DNA of 64,000 bases from Mobula hypostoma (Eukaryota). The position numbers and the translations under genes were made by a program. The first letter of the stretch is position 1. Every line of letters starts with the position of its first letter. The stretch is from contig NC_086107.1 in NCBI RefSeq assembly GCF_963921235.1, positions 98,210,001-98,274,000 of the forward strand. The letters are read 5' to 3'. The notes beneath the pieces were generated by a model. The model was not told where the DNA came from, searched no databases, and saw only the letters and a list, made by a program, of their open reading frames with translations. This document shows, piece after piece, positions 51,539-63,559 of this stretch.

Positions 51539-52045
51539 CACGAGGAATTCTGCAGATGCTGGAATTTCAAGCAACGCACACAAAAGTTGCTGGTGAATGC
51601 AACTCTAGGAAGAGGTACAGTCGACGTTTCGGGCCGAGACCCTTCGTCAGGAGTAACTGAAGGAAGAGCTAGAAAGAGATTTGAAAGTGGGAGGGGGAGG
51701 GGGAGATCTGAAATGACAGGAGAAGACAGGAGGGGGAGGGATGGAGCCAAGAGCTGGACAGGTGATTGGCAAAAGGGATATGAGAGGATCATGGGACAGG
51801 AGGCCTAGGGAGAAGGAAAAGGGAGAGAGGGGGAGAAAAACCAGAGGATGGGCAGGGGGTATAGTGAGAGGGACAGAGGGAGAAAAAGGAGAGAGAGATA
51901 AAGAATGTGTGCATATAAATAAGTAACAGATGGGGTACGAGGGGGAGGTGGGGCATTAGCGGAAGTTTGAGAAGTCGATGTTCATGCCATCAGGTTGGAG
52001 GCTACCCGGATGGAATATAAGATGTTTCCATGCCATCAGGATGGA
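51539..52045 (-). mobile_element. Penelope-like 3' fragment nested in an older Penelope-derived element (~51440-52290); hammerhead at 51619-51654
   Basis: Same 3' UTR as 43070-43504. The host element is split between cagttgac (51532-51539) and tttcaggccgagaccct (~52046). Confidence 0.8.
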
Positions 52046-55000
52046 TTTCAGGCCGAGACCCTTCTCCAGGACTGAGAAGGAAGGGTGGGGGAAAGATGCC
52101 AGAATTAAAAAGGTTGTGGGGGGGGGGAGGAGAAAGAGGCTAGCTGGAAGGTGATAGGTGAAGCCAGGTGGGTGGGAAGAAAAAAGAACCTGATAGGAGA
52201 GGAGAGTGGACAATAGGAGAAAGGGACGCAGGGGGAGGTGCTAGGCAGGTGAAAAGAAGTAAATGGTCAGAGTTGGAATACAGGAAAGGTGGGGGGGGCG
52301 GGAGAGATTGTTGATTCCTTAACTACACCCTGGTTATCTGTCCCTTTCCACAAGAAGGTTCATTTAGTCCCTCAACTGATTCCAATAATTTATTCACCAC
52401 AGAAAAGAAATAACTGCCCTCAGCTTCATTTATTTGTTCACCGGAGGAGAAAGGGATGGTTGTGTTTGATCAGTTTGACTGGAATTTTTTAAGGAGACCA
52501 CAAGGAGAATTGATGAGGGTGGGGCAATTGACAGACTCTGTGTGGGGGGAGGCTTTTCTTGCGTGGTGAGAGCCGATGGGAGAGTGGCAATTGGACATGA
52601 AGCTAGTTCAGTGGCAGGAAGCAGAGGGTAATGGTTGACGAGAGCTTTAGTGGCAAGATGGGTGTTACCAGTGGGTTCACAGGTCTCTGTCCCTCGCTGT
52701 GTGTATTGTGTATTAACGATTTAGACTGAAATGTAGGGTGTGTGATCAAAGAAGTTTCCAGAAGGTACAAAAACAAACTTTATGTGATTGAAAGTCAAGG
52801 GGAATAATTTACACTGCAGAGAGGCAGAGATGGTTTGGTCAGTTGGGCAGAAAAGTGGGAAATTGGACCGTAATCTGACAGAGGGTGCGGCAGCATGTAT
52901 TTTGGGGGAACGACAGCAAGGAGAAAAGTTGTGCAAAAGATGAATAGGGGAAATTCTGCAGGTGCTAGAAATCCAAAGGAACGCACTCAAGATGCTGGAG
53001 GAACTCAGCAGGCCAGGCAGCGTCTGTGGAAATGAGTAAACAGTCAACGTTTCAGGCCGAGACCCTTCTTCAGGATTATGTAATAGATTGAATGCTGAGA
53101 GGTGTGAAGGAACAGAAGCCTCGCAGTGTCCAGCCACAGATCCTTAAACTCGGCAGATGACGGTTAAGAAGAGGTACATGACTGGAGGGGAGACGAGGAA
53201 AGGTTCTTCACCAGCACATGGTGAGGGTCTTAAATGCACTGCCTGAGGGGGCAGGGGGGAGGTGGTGGCACAAACTCTCGTCGTGTTTAATCTGGTCTTG
53301 AAAAGCTGTGACCTGCAGGACTGCAGACACATTGTGGAGTGGCCGCAGAGCTCGTTATTGACACATGGCCTTTGTGCCAAAAAATTTTCAAATGATACTG
53401 AGATTTAAAAATTTGCATCTCACCCCAATTGCAGCTGTGGTGAGAGTGTGTGATGGGGCGGTTTGTCCTGTGCTGGGTCTGCCCTGGGAGCGTGTGATGG
53501 GATGGTATAGAGCAGGGGTTCCCAGTCTGGGATCTATGGGCCCCTCGCTTATTGGTAGGGGTCCATGGCATTAAAAAATGTTGGGAACCCCTGGTAGAGA
53601 GGGAGCTTTACCCTCTGTCCAAACCCTGCTGTCCCTGCCCTGTGAGTGAGTCATTAGACAAGGTAAGGAACGATTGCTTGAGAAGACGAGCACAATCTGC
53701 GCAGCTTTGGTTGAACCTTATGTAGGATTCTTCACAGAAAGTTGATAGTGTGTGAGGAATCCACAGCACCTGTAGGTCAAGACAATCACCGCCATCCCCC
53801 TCCTCTGCTCTCTCCCCAAAACACTGGAATAATCTTTCCTTTCAAGAACGCTCTTCCGTCTGAAGGACCAAGTTCAACGTTCAAGGGCTTCGAAAGAAAA
53901 TTCAAAGAATAAATTTTGCTGAGATTGGAGCCTATCTGATGTTTGCAAACGTCTGCTCACACCCACCTGTTTGTGTCTACCTCGCTCTTGTGAACGAGCC
54001 CCTCTCATGTGGGACATTCCTGGAGCTGGTGTCATCTCAAGTTCTTAGACTGGGGCTGGAGTGTTTCAAAACCAGCTGCCTTTCTGCTCCACCGTGGAAT
54101 GTCACCGCGGGGAAGTACTTCCAGGCGAGCGGCTTCCTGCTGCGCGTCCTAACCCCACCTGTAATGCTGGTGTAGGCTGTGCTCTGTTGCTCCCTACTCC
54201 CAGTGAAGGTAAGGGTTAACGCTGAGGAGCGGAACACTCAGCTATTCTGTCACCACAAGTGTTTCTTCGCCAGATTTAGCAGCTCCGTGCTACAATTCAG
54301 GGAAGAGAAAATAGCCTTTCTACGCTGAAGCAGGGGGAATCAAATCACATGAGACACTAACAGGAGACAGCGAGGGTGTAGTGCAGGTGGACCTACTTCC
54401 TCCCAGCACCAGGGAACCGAGTTCAACCCCAACCTCCCGCGCTGTCAGAGGGGAGTTTTCACATTCTCCCTCTGATCGTGAGGGTCTCCCCTGGGTGCCC
54501 TGCACAGATGTGGGGGTTGGGAGGTTAGCTGGCCACTGTAAATGGCCCTTCATGTGTCGATGGGTGATGGAAACCTGGGAGTGGATGTCAAAGTCCAAGT
54601 AACTTTATTATCAAAGTATATATAGGTCACCATATACTGCCCTGAGATTAATTTTCTTATGAGTATTTACAAGAAAATAAAGAAATACAATAGAATTTAT
54701 TAAAAACTATACATAAACAGAGACTGACTAATGACCAATGTGTAAAAGAAGACAAGTAATGCAAATAAAAAATAATTAACAAGTAAGTAATATTGCAAAG
54801 ATGAATTGTATAATTAGACTATAAGACATAGGAGCAGAATTAGACCATTTAGCCCATTAAATCTGCTCCTCCATTTCATCATGGCGGATCCATTTTTTCT
54901 CTCCTTTGTACTGAGGGAGAATTAAAATTGTGGTTGTTGTAGATTGATTGTCAGCACAGACTTGATGGCCCACATTGCCTCTTTCTGTGCTGGAAAGACC

Positions 55001-56194
55001 CTGTAACACTAGGGCTGCAGAGACTGATCCGAGGGGGCCCCCGGCATCTGTGGCTTATGCTTGTTGGGATTAGGATGGTGCCATGGTAGCTGCCGTGACG
55101 GGATTTGTTTTGTTAATGGACAGAGGTTGCGTTACTTTGGTGAGGCTGACACCTGATGTTCTTCTGTCTGTACTTCTCCTGCACCAGCCCCAGTGAGAGG
55201 GTCCGATAACCAACAAGCAATCTGGCTTCCAAGTGTAGAATCTAATTCCATGTTCCCAAGTGTGGAATTGTACCACCTTGCTCTTCCTCCAGTTGGAGCT
55301 GGTTTTCCACTGCATAGTCACTACTCGTCTTAGGAAGTCTACTGAATTATCACATCACCATCATCATTGTTGGCTGTGTCATATGACATAGGCGATCATG
55401 GTCCTTCCATGAACATGATTGTTCTTGGCAAATTTTTCTACAGAAGTGATTTGCCATTGCCTTCCTCTGGGCAGTGGCCTTAAAAGAAAGGCGATCCCAG
55501 CCATTATCAATACTCTTCAGAGATTGTCTACCCGGCGTCATCAGATGCATAACCAGGACTTGTGATGTGCACCAGCTGCTCATATGACCATCCACCACCT
55601 TCTCCCATGGTGTCACGTGACCTTGATCATGGGGCTAAGCAGGTGCCACACCTTGCCCAAGGTTGACCTGCAGGCTAGCAGAGGGAAGGAGCACCTTACA
55701 CTTTCTTTGGTAGAGACATATCTCCACCCCACTCTTTTGATCAGGTCACTCGTCTGAGTGCTACTGGTACCATGTAACCCAGTACTACCTGTCACATGGC
55801 CGGGGGGTTGGCGACTAAACCGGCTCCCCCACCGGGCTTGCCTGGTGAGGAGGGTGGCTAGACACCCTGCAGGACGAAAAACAAGACCTGTCAAAGGGCG
55901 GATGAACCCTCTCGCAGGGTCAACGGCCATCTAGCAAACACGTGCTGTGAAGCGCGGAAAGGACGTCCCTTGCATCGAAACTTGGTCTGGCCATTCACTG
56001 CAACAGAACTTCCCCCAGCCGTCTCAGACCTCACCATGCTGCTGGATCTGGGAGGGGATGTCGAGAGGGTGGGTCTGGACCTGTGCAACCCCCTACTCAC
56101 CTAAAATCCATTTACGCACAAGCTATTCCTTTCTGGGGAGTGGGGTCCCACTAACTGACTGAAAGGAAAAATCATCATCCTATGGGATGGATAG

Positions 56195-56230
<36 letters not shown>

Positions 56231-57193
56231 CCACCCCACCACCCTAGAAGTCTAACAACACCTCCCAAACTTGAGGTCTTTATCACCAAGACGGACAAAG
56301 ACAGTGAGTGCAGGGGAAGTTTGTAAGTTTATAAGTTCAAGTTTAATTGCCATTCACCCATACATGAATACCCATGAATACAGCCAAATGAAACAGCATT
56401 ACCCTGGGGCCAAGGTGCAAAACACGGTGTCAACAGTCACACACAGCACAAAGCACATGTAAGATTGCAAACACATATAAGGTATCAGTAAAATACAGTC
56501 ACACGGAAAAAAATGTAGTCCAAGTCCCTGATTCCATGAATGTTGCAGCAGTCTGCAGTTGAACATGATATGGCTTGTCTTCTGCTGAATGAACAGTGGG
56601 TGAGGGGGAGTGGGGGCAGCACTGACTCCAAGTGGGACACCATGCCACATTGCCCCTGGCACTCTGGTGGAGTACACCGACTCCAACGCCTCTCTGCTGG
56701 GTGACTGTAAATAGGTGACACCGTGGCTTGAGGCCTAGTCCTTGCTATGAGCGAGGCCATGCAGCTCCCCTGCTGTCCACCAATAAATCAGTGAATTGGA
56801 CTTGCAGCATTCCATATTAACAATGTCCAGCAGGGCCTTGCGATCACGAGAAGCGACTAGGACGATCACTTGTTACTAGAGTGCAGAGCGCCTTCTCACG
56901 CTGACACCATGATGCCTCTCTGACGCAGGCAGTGGCACGATTCGCACCCAGTCTGGCTCCTTCAGTTTCTCTGCCTACAAGCAACTCGCTGATGGGGTAG
57001 ACCTGCAGGAGTTTAAGTCCTTAATGTCCAGTGGAGCCTTGCAATTGTAAAAAAAGATACATTTACAAAAGGCAATGACACCTTTGGATGGCCCCGCAGA
57101 ACCCTGAGCTTGACTGAGGAAACCGCCGTCATATCTGAACACCGCTACCTGCAGGTTCCTCTCCGAGACGCACACCAACCTGACTTCGAAATA

Positions 57194-57768
57194 CACTCAG
57201 TAGCCACTTTATTAGGTACACTAGTACTCCTGCTCGTTAATGCAAATATCTAATCAGCCAATCGTAGAACTGTACCATTGAGTTGTGGTAGCAACTTGGT
57301 GAAGAAAAGCATGCCGACGTGGTCAAGAGGTTCAGTCGTTGTTCAGACTAAACATCAGAATGGGGAAGAAATGTGATCTAAGTGACTTTGACCATGGAAT
57401 GATTGTTGGTGCCAGATGGGGTGGTTTGAGTGTCTCAGAAGCTGCTGACCTCCTGGGCTTTTCACGCATAGCAGAATGGTGTGGAAAACAAAAGAAAAAC
57501 GGTCCAGTGAGCGGCAGTTCTGTGGGCGAAAATGCTTTGATAATGAGAGAGGTCAGAGGAGAATGGCCAGACTGGTTCAAGCTGACGGGAAGGTGACAGT
57601 AACTCAAAGAAGCATGTGTTACAACAGCGGTGTGCAGAGGAGCATTTCTGGACGCACAATACCTCGAATCCTGAGGCGGACGGGCTACAGCAGCAGAAGA
57701 CCCCGGACATACACTCAGGGGCTACTTTATTAGGTACAGGATGTAGCTAATAAACTAGCCACTGAATA
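57194..57768 (+). mobile_element. Non-autonomous Tc1/mariner element with a transposase HTH remnant
   Basis: TA-flanked TIRs cactcagtagccactttattaggtaca / tgtagctaataaactagccactgaata. ORF MGKKCDLSDFDHGMIVGARWGGLSVSEAADLLGFSR is a Tc1-type HTH. Confidence 0.85.
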
Positions 57769-58213
57769 TATATCTCCAGTCATTCATTTTGTTGAGTCAA
57801 AATCCTGGAACACCATCCCAACAGTGTCATAGGAGTATCTCTACCACACGGACTGTAGTGACACAAGAAGGCAGTTCACATCCATTTTCTTAGGGCAGAT
57901 AAGAATGGACAATAACTGCTGGCCTTGCCAGACATGCCCAGGTTTTGCAAAACACCAGAAAGAATTTTCTTTCTTTAACTCTACACTATCTCTCTGTGCT
58001 CTGTGTCACGTTGCTCCTTCAGTCACCTCCTAACCCATATTCTCCCCGTTCTCTTGTGTTCCTGCAGAGTCTCTGTCGATGAGCCCTGCTAGCATCAACC
58101 CACCCCATCTGGCCCTCCTTGTCCTCCTCAATCTTCAACCACCATCCTGAGGAACTCAATCAGACTACGGAATAAGCACTCACTCTTACTGCTTGGGGGA
58201 TTTGAGGCCTTTA

Positions 58214-59166
58214 CAGTACTATGCAAAAGTCCTAGGTATGAGGCTGAGTCTTTATAAGGCACTGGTGAGGCCTCACCTTTGAGTATTTTGAACACTTTTG
58301 GGCTCCTCATCTAAGAAAAGATGTGCTGGCATTGAAGAGGGTTTAGATGAGGTTCACAAGGATGATTCCAGGAATGAAAGGATTATCATACTAGGAATGT
58401 TTGGCTCTGGGTCTGTACTTGCTGGAATTTAGAAGGATGAGGGGGGATCTCATTGAAATCTTTTTGAATGTTGAAAGGCCGAGACAGAGTAGATGTGGAA
58501 AGGATGTTTCCTAGGGTGGGAGAGTCTAGGATAAAAGGGCACAGCCTCAGGATAGAGGGGCATTCATTTAAAACAGTGATGCGGAGAAATTTCTTTAGTC
58601 AGAGGGTGGTGAATTTGTCGACTTTGTTACCACAGGCAGCTGTGGAGGCTAGGTCATTAGGTATATTTAAGGCAGAGATTGATAGGTTCTTGATTGGATA
58701 CAGTAATGGGGAGAAGGCCAAGGAGTGGGGCTGAGGAAGGGAAACAAGGATCAGCCATGATTGAATGCCAGAGCAGACTCGATGGGCCAAATGGCGTAAT
58801 TCTGCTCCTATGTTTTTATAGGCATCCGTTAGTCTCGTGAGACCATGGATTTGCGCCTTAGAAGGTTTCCAGGGCTCAGGCCTGGGCAAGGTTGTATAGA
58901 AGACCGGCAGTTGCCCATGCTGCAAGTCTCCCCTCTCTACACCACCGATGTTGTCCAAGGGAAGGGCATTAGGACCCTTCAGCTTGGCACCGGTGTTGTT
59001 GCAGAGCAATGTGTGGTTAAGTGCCTTGCTCAAGGACACAACACGCTGCCTCAGCTAAGGCTCAAACTAGTGACCTTCAAATCACTAGACGAATGCCTTA
59101 ACCACTTAGCCTATGTCTTATGATCTTGTATAGAGCTACGGAGCCTAAGACTTTAGCACAGTACTG
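58214..59166. mobile_element. Tc1/mariner-type MITE containing a CR1 3' end (58237-59125, +), which itself contains a SINE (58820-59111, -)
   Basis: TA-cagtactatgcaaaagtcctagg ... cctaagactttagcacagtactg-TA. An empty 67-bp relative lies at 59595-59661. Confidence 0.75.
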
Positions 59167-59278
59167 TAGTAATTTTATGTATTACACTGTACTGCTGCCA
59201 CACAAAAAAACAAATTCCATGATGTGTGAGTGATGATAAATGTGATTCTGATATGGGTCTTTATTGTGGTCTGAGAGT

Positions 59279-59365
59279 GGGAAGGAGGCAGGGAGAGGGG
59301 AATCGTGGTTGGGAAAAGGGGAAGGAGGCAGGGAGAGGGGAATCGTGGTTGGGAAAAGGGGAAGG
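59279..59365 (+). repeat. Perfect 40-bp tandem duplication, G-rich
   Basis: gaaggaggcagggagaggggaatcgtggttgggaaaaggg repeated twice. Confidence 0.9.
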
Positions 59366-59706
59366 GAGAGGAGATGAAGTGGCAAGAGAGACATTCTGTA
59401 ATGATCAATAAACCAATTGTTTGGAATCAAATTACTTTACCTGGTGTCTCTGCACCTGCACCATCCCCTCCCCTGGCACTCCTTCTCTGCCACCTGTCCC
59501 ACACCCCTCCCGTGGTGCTCCACCTTCACCATTCTCAACATCCTTTGCTCCCACCAGATTTACAAACTCACTCTCCGCTCCACATTGACAAATACAGTAT
59601 CGTGCAACATTCCTAGACGTTCCACCTGTACATATGTGCCTAAGACTTTTGCACAGTACTGTATGTCATTAAGTTTGTGGGAGCTTAGTGTGCACACATT
59701 GCCTGC

Positions 59707-60286
59707 AACACACATCAAAGTTGCTGGTGAATGCAGCAGGCTAGGCAGCATCTCTAGGAAGAGGTACAGTTGACGTTTCGGGCCGAGACCCTTCGTCAGG
59801 ACTAACTGAAGGAAGAGCTAGTAAGAGTTTTGAAAGTGGGAGGGGGAGGGGGAGATCCAAAATGATAGGAGAAGACAGGAGGGGGAGTGATGGAGCCAAG
59901 AACTGGACAGGTGATTGGCAAAAGGGATATGAGAGGATCATGGGACAGGAGGCCCAGGGAGAAGGAAGAGGAGGGGGGGGAAAAAACCCAGAGGATGGGC
60001 AAGGGACAGAGGGAGAAAAAGGAGAGAGAGGGAAAGAATGTGTGTATATGAATAAATAACGGATGGGGTACGAGGGGGAGGTGGGGCATTAGCGGAAGTT
60101 AGAGAAGTCAATGTTCATGCCATCCGGTTGGAGGCTACCTAGATGGAATATAAGGTGTTGTTCCTCCAACCTGAGTGTGGCTTCATCTTTACAGTAGAGG
60201 AGGCTGTGGATAGACATATCAGAATGGGAATGGGATGTGGAATTAAAATGTGTGGCCACTGGGAGATCCTGCTTTCTCTGGCATTT
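59707..60286 (-). mobile_element. 5'-truncated Penelope-like element with a 13-bp TSD; hammerhead at 59768-59803
   Basis: TSD acacattgcctgc at 59694-59706 and 60287-60299. ORF RKQDLPVATHFN...QPDGMN. Confidence 0.92.
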
Positions 60287-61865
60287 ACACATTGCCTGCT
60301 GCAGGTTCTACATGCAAGTGGTGCTAATATTTCACAAGAGATAACCCAATCAATGGGCCTTGAGGTTGTAGAAGAGTAGAAAGGGTTGATATTGTCAGGA
60401 GGGCTGTGTTTCCCTCACCATTTGTTCTAGGAGATGGTCATTCCACAGGCAGAGGGAATCCTGCATAATATAGGGTTGGAGTCATCCAGAAGAGCAGGAA
60501 GAGTTAGGAACCTTCAACATATCTTCCTCAGACCAGTGCTCTGCTCAGATAGCATGGAGTGATGTGACGGCCTGAGGCTGTGGACCACAGGGATCAGAAA
60601 GTGTTGAAAAGCAGTAGGCAGAGCTTTCGGAGGCTTTTCTATGACCTTCGGCAAGTGTCCCACATGATGTGTTCTTTCCCTAATACCAGGGTAAAGAACG
60701 TCACAGGGAAGGTGTGGAGCATTCTGCAAGGAAAGTGAGTGAGCCAGAGACAACACTACATGTTTGTGTCGAGGGCACACGCAGAGCAGGAACTGAAGTC
60801 TTTACAAAGTCAAAGCGGAGTTTATTGTCCTACGCACAAGTCCACGTCTGCACAGGTGCAATGAAAATCTTACTTGCAGCAGCATCTCAGGCACGTGGCA
60901 CCAGATAAACAGCGTCCACAAGAAAATATGAATAAGACATTAATTATATACAGTTTTTACATGAAAAAGCACAAACAGAGCAAATTGGAAGTGAAGCCCA
61001 TTTAATGCGCAGTGATCAAAGTAATCAATCTTTCAGTGCTGTAGTGCTCAGGGTTTTGCCAGCTGGAGGGAAGTAACTGTTCTTGAACCTGGTGGTTTGG
61101 GATTTAAGGTATTTTATTTATTTATTTGTCTATCTATCTATTGAGATACAGTGCAAAATAGGCTGTTCCAGCCCAGCAACCCCGCCAATTTCGTTCCTAG
61201 CCTAATCACTGGACAATTTACAATGACCAGTTTACCTACCGACTGGTATGTCTTTGAAACCCAAACTCCTCAGAGGAAGCAGCAGGAATTGAACCTGGGT
61301 TGCCGGTACTATAAAGCGTTGTGCTACTGTGCTGCCCTGATGCTACATGTGGTGGTGGGGATCCTTGATGATAGATATTGACTTGCTCCCTGTCAGGAGC
61401 TGGGGAGGAAGGTGTAAAATGGGACCTGAAAGCTGGTGATCTCTGAGTTACTCCCAGCGCCTGGCACGAGCAAGAGTAGAACAATGATCAGCAGATTAAG
61501 GCGAGGCTACAGACAGAGTGGAGGAGGGTGGGGAATTGGGACTAGACTTGAGGCGGGGGGGGGGTGGTCCTGGTTAAAAATACGGTTCACATTTCCACTG
61601 GACTGGTATCAATGTTGTCCTGGAGCATTAGCGTGTTGGGAAGGACAATGGACAGTGTGGAAAAGTAGCAAAAGGAGCATGAGATACGGGACAGAGCTGG
61701 AGGAGGAAGTAGCAGATTAGACTGGAACAGCTGAGGGGAGGGCGACAAGGAACACAGAGTCAGGTTCTGACAGTAAACATGGAAACGTACAAAGTGTGAG
61801 GAACTGCAAGCACCTTGTGTGCGGGATTTTAATGTAGTGGTGGTAACCTGGTTTAAAATGGCGAA

Positions 61866-62085
61866 CAACAGGAATTCTGCAGATGCTGGAAATTCAAGCA
61901 CACACAGCAAAGTTGCTGGTGAACGCAGCAGGCCAGGCAGCATCTCTAGGAAGAGGTACAGTCGACGTTTCAGGCCGAGACCACCCAGTCCTGACGAAGG
62001 GTCTCGGCCTGAAACATCGACTGTACCTCTTCCTAGAGATGCTGCCTGGCCTGCTGCGTTCACCAGCAACTTTGATGTGTGTTGC
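61866..62085. mobile_element. 220-bp palindromic Penelope mini-insertion with a 13-bp TSD; hammerhead at 61987-62022 (+)
   Basis: TSD ttaaaatggcgaa (61853-61865) / ttaaaatgacgaa (62086-62098). Arms are near-perfect inverted repeats. Confidence 0.9.
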
Positions 62086-63034
62086 TTAAAATGACGAATA
62101 CGACTACTTTAATATTGTGAAGTGCAAAGTGTTTAGGGTGGGTGGGGGAATGGGAAAGAGGGAGGTGGGACTGTACTGATCAGGAGAGATTTTGTTGTGC
62201 CTGGGGGAGGGGAGGTCGTTGCGGTGGGGGGTGGGGGTGGGGGTCGGTGGGAGAAGGGGAAATTCCATTTGGTTAACGTTAAGAAGCCAGAAGGGAAGGA
62301 TTTGTTCCAGAATTCTCCAACTTCTACAGAGTGGAGCAGATCAAAGGGAGGGACGTTCCAAGTGTGTCAACTTTGTTAGCTCTGCGGCAGCAGCACATGA
62401 AAATATAGAAAAAAACTGTGAGTTACAGTAAATATATATAATAGGTCTGTCAATTAAATAAGTAGGGCAAAAACAGAAATGAAAAAAAAGTGAGATGGTG
62501 TTAATGGATTCATTGTCCATTCAGAAAATGGACGGCAGAGGGGAAGAAGCTGTTCCTGAATCGTTGAGTGTGAGCCTTCAGGCCCCTGTACCTCCTTCCT
62601 GATGGTAACAATGAGAAGAGGGCACGTCCTGGGTGGTGGGGGTCTTCATGGTAGATGCCACCTTCCTGAGGCATGGCTCCTCGAAGATGTGTTGGATACG
62701 ATGGAGGCTATTATCCATGATGGAGTTGACTAATTTTACACCTCTCTGCAGCCTTACTTTTGATCCTGTGAAGTAGCCACCCACCACCCCCCCCCCATAC
62801 CAGCCGGGGAACGAGGTGGATCATTTGGACCATGCCTGAGGCCAAATGTGAACACTGCATCGTAGTGTTGAGATTGTCAGTGGAGACAATTGTCTCACAG
62901 CTTCAGCGACCTGGCTTCAGTCCAGATCTCCAGTGCTATCTGTGTTGAGTGGACTTCTCCCAGGTGTCTTCCCGTATCCCAAAGGTGTGGGTGTGTGGGG
63001 GAACAATGGGAATATAGGGTGACTGAAGTTGAAG

Positions 63035-63377
63035 GTTCCTCCAAGAGGACCACAACCTTGACGTAGACTTTGGAGGCTTGCATGCCTCAATAACCCAGAG
63101 AGCTACGTTGGCTGAAGTCAGGGCTTTACGCTTTGGCTCTTGGTAGGGTCACCCATGCCAAACAGGTCAAAGGGTAGAGGTCAGACCGAGAATGGTCCAC
63201 CAGTCTTCCAGGTTTTGGGTCCATCTCAGGGCTAATGACCCTGACAGGCAAAGCAAAACTGTTACAGAAACATCAATGAAGAATCCTTCTACATCTGAGT
63301 GGCCAAGGACAGTCAGAGATGGAGGACCTTCATTGCTGCCCTAAACACCAGTGGTGTAGCAGGCTGGAAGTAAGTAT
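63035..63377 (+). mobile_element. Bipartite RTE-derived non-autonomous element
   Basis: An RTE-type leader is joined directly to a 3' end encoding AKDSQRWRTFIAAL, with a (AAGT)n tail. Confidence 0.7.
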
Positions 63378-63559
63378 TAATGGCCAGCTTGGACTCGGTG
63401 GAGTCAGAATCTGCTTGAGTGCTGTGGGAAACTACAAAGTTGAACTTTATACGAGAAGACTTCAGATGAGAGGAGATTTAGCCACATGAAATGGAACAAA
63501 GGATTAACGGGAAAAACTATTGGGCCAATTGGTGATCTTTGAGGCCGAGTTTCAGGCTT

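Noticed and set aside
55520..55560. CTGATGA on the minus strand as another hammerhead
   Set aside because: No GAAA partner or stems, and the other copies of this SINE lack the motif.
55750..56170. HDV-like or twister ribozyme in LINE-leader-like segments (also ~21470-21950)
   Set aside because: They share a GGGCGGATGA motif, but I could not build the required nested pseudoknot by eye. A descriptor search is needed.
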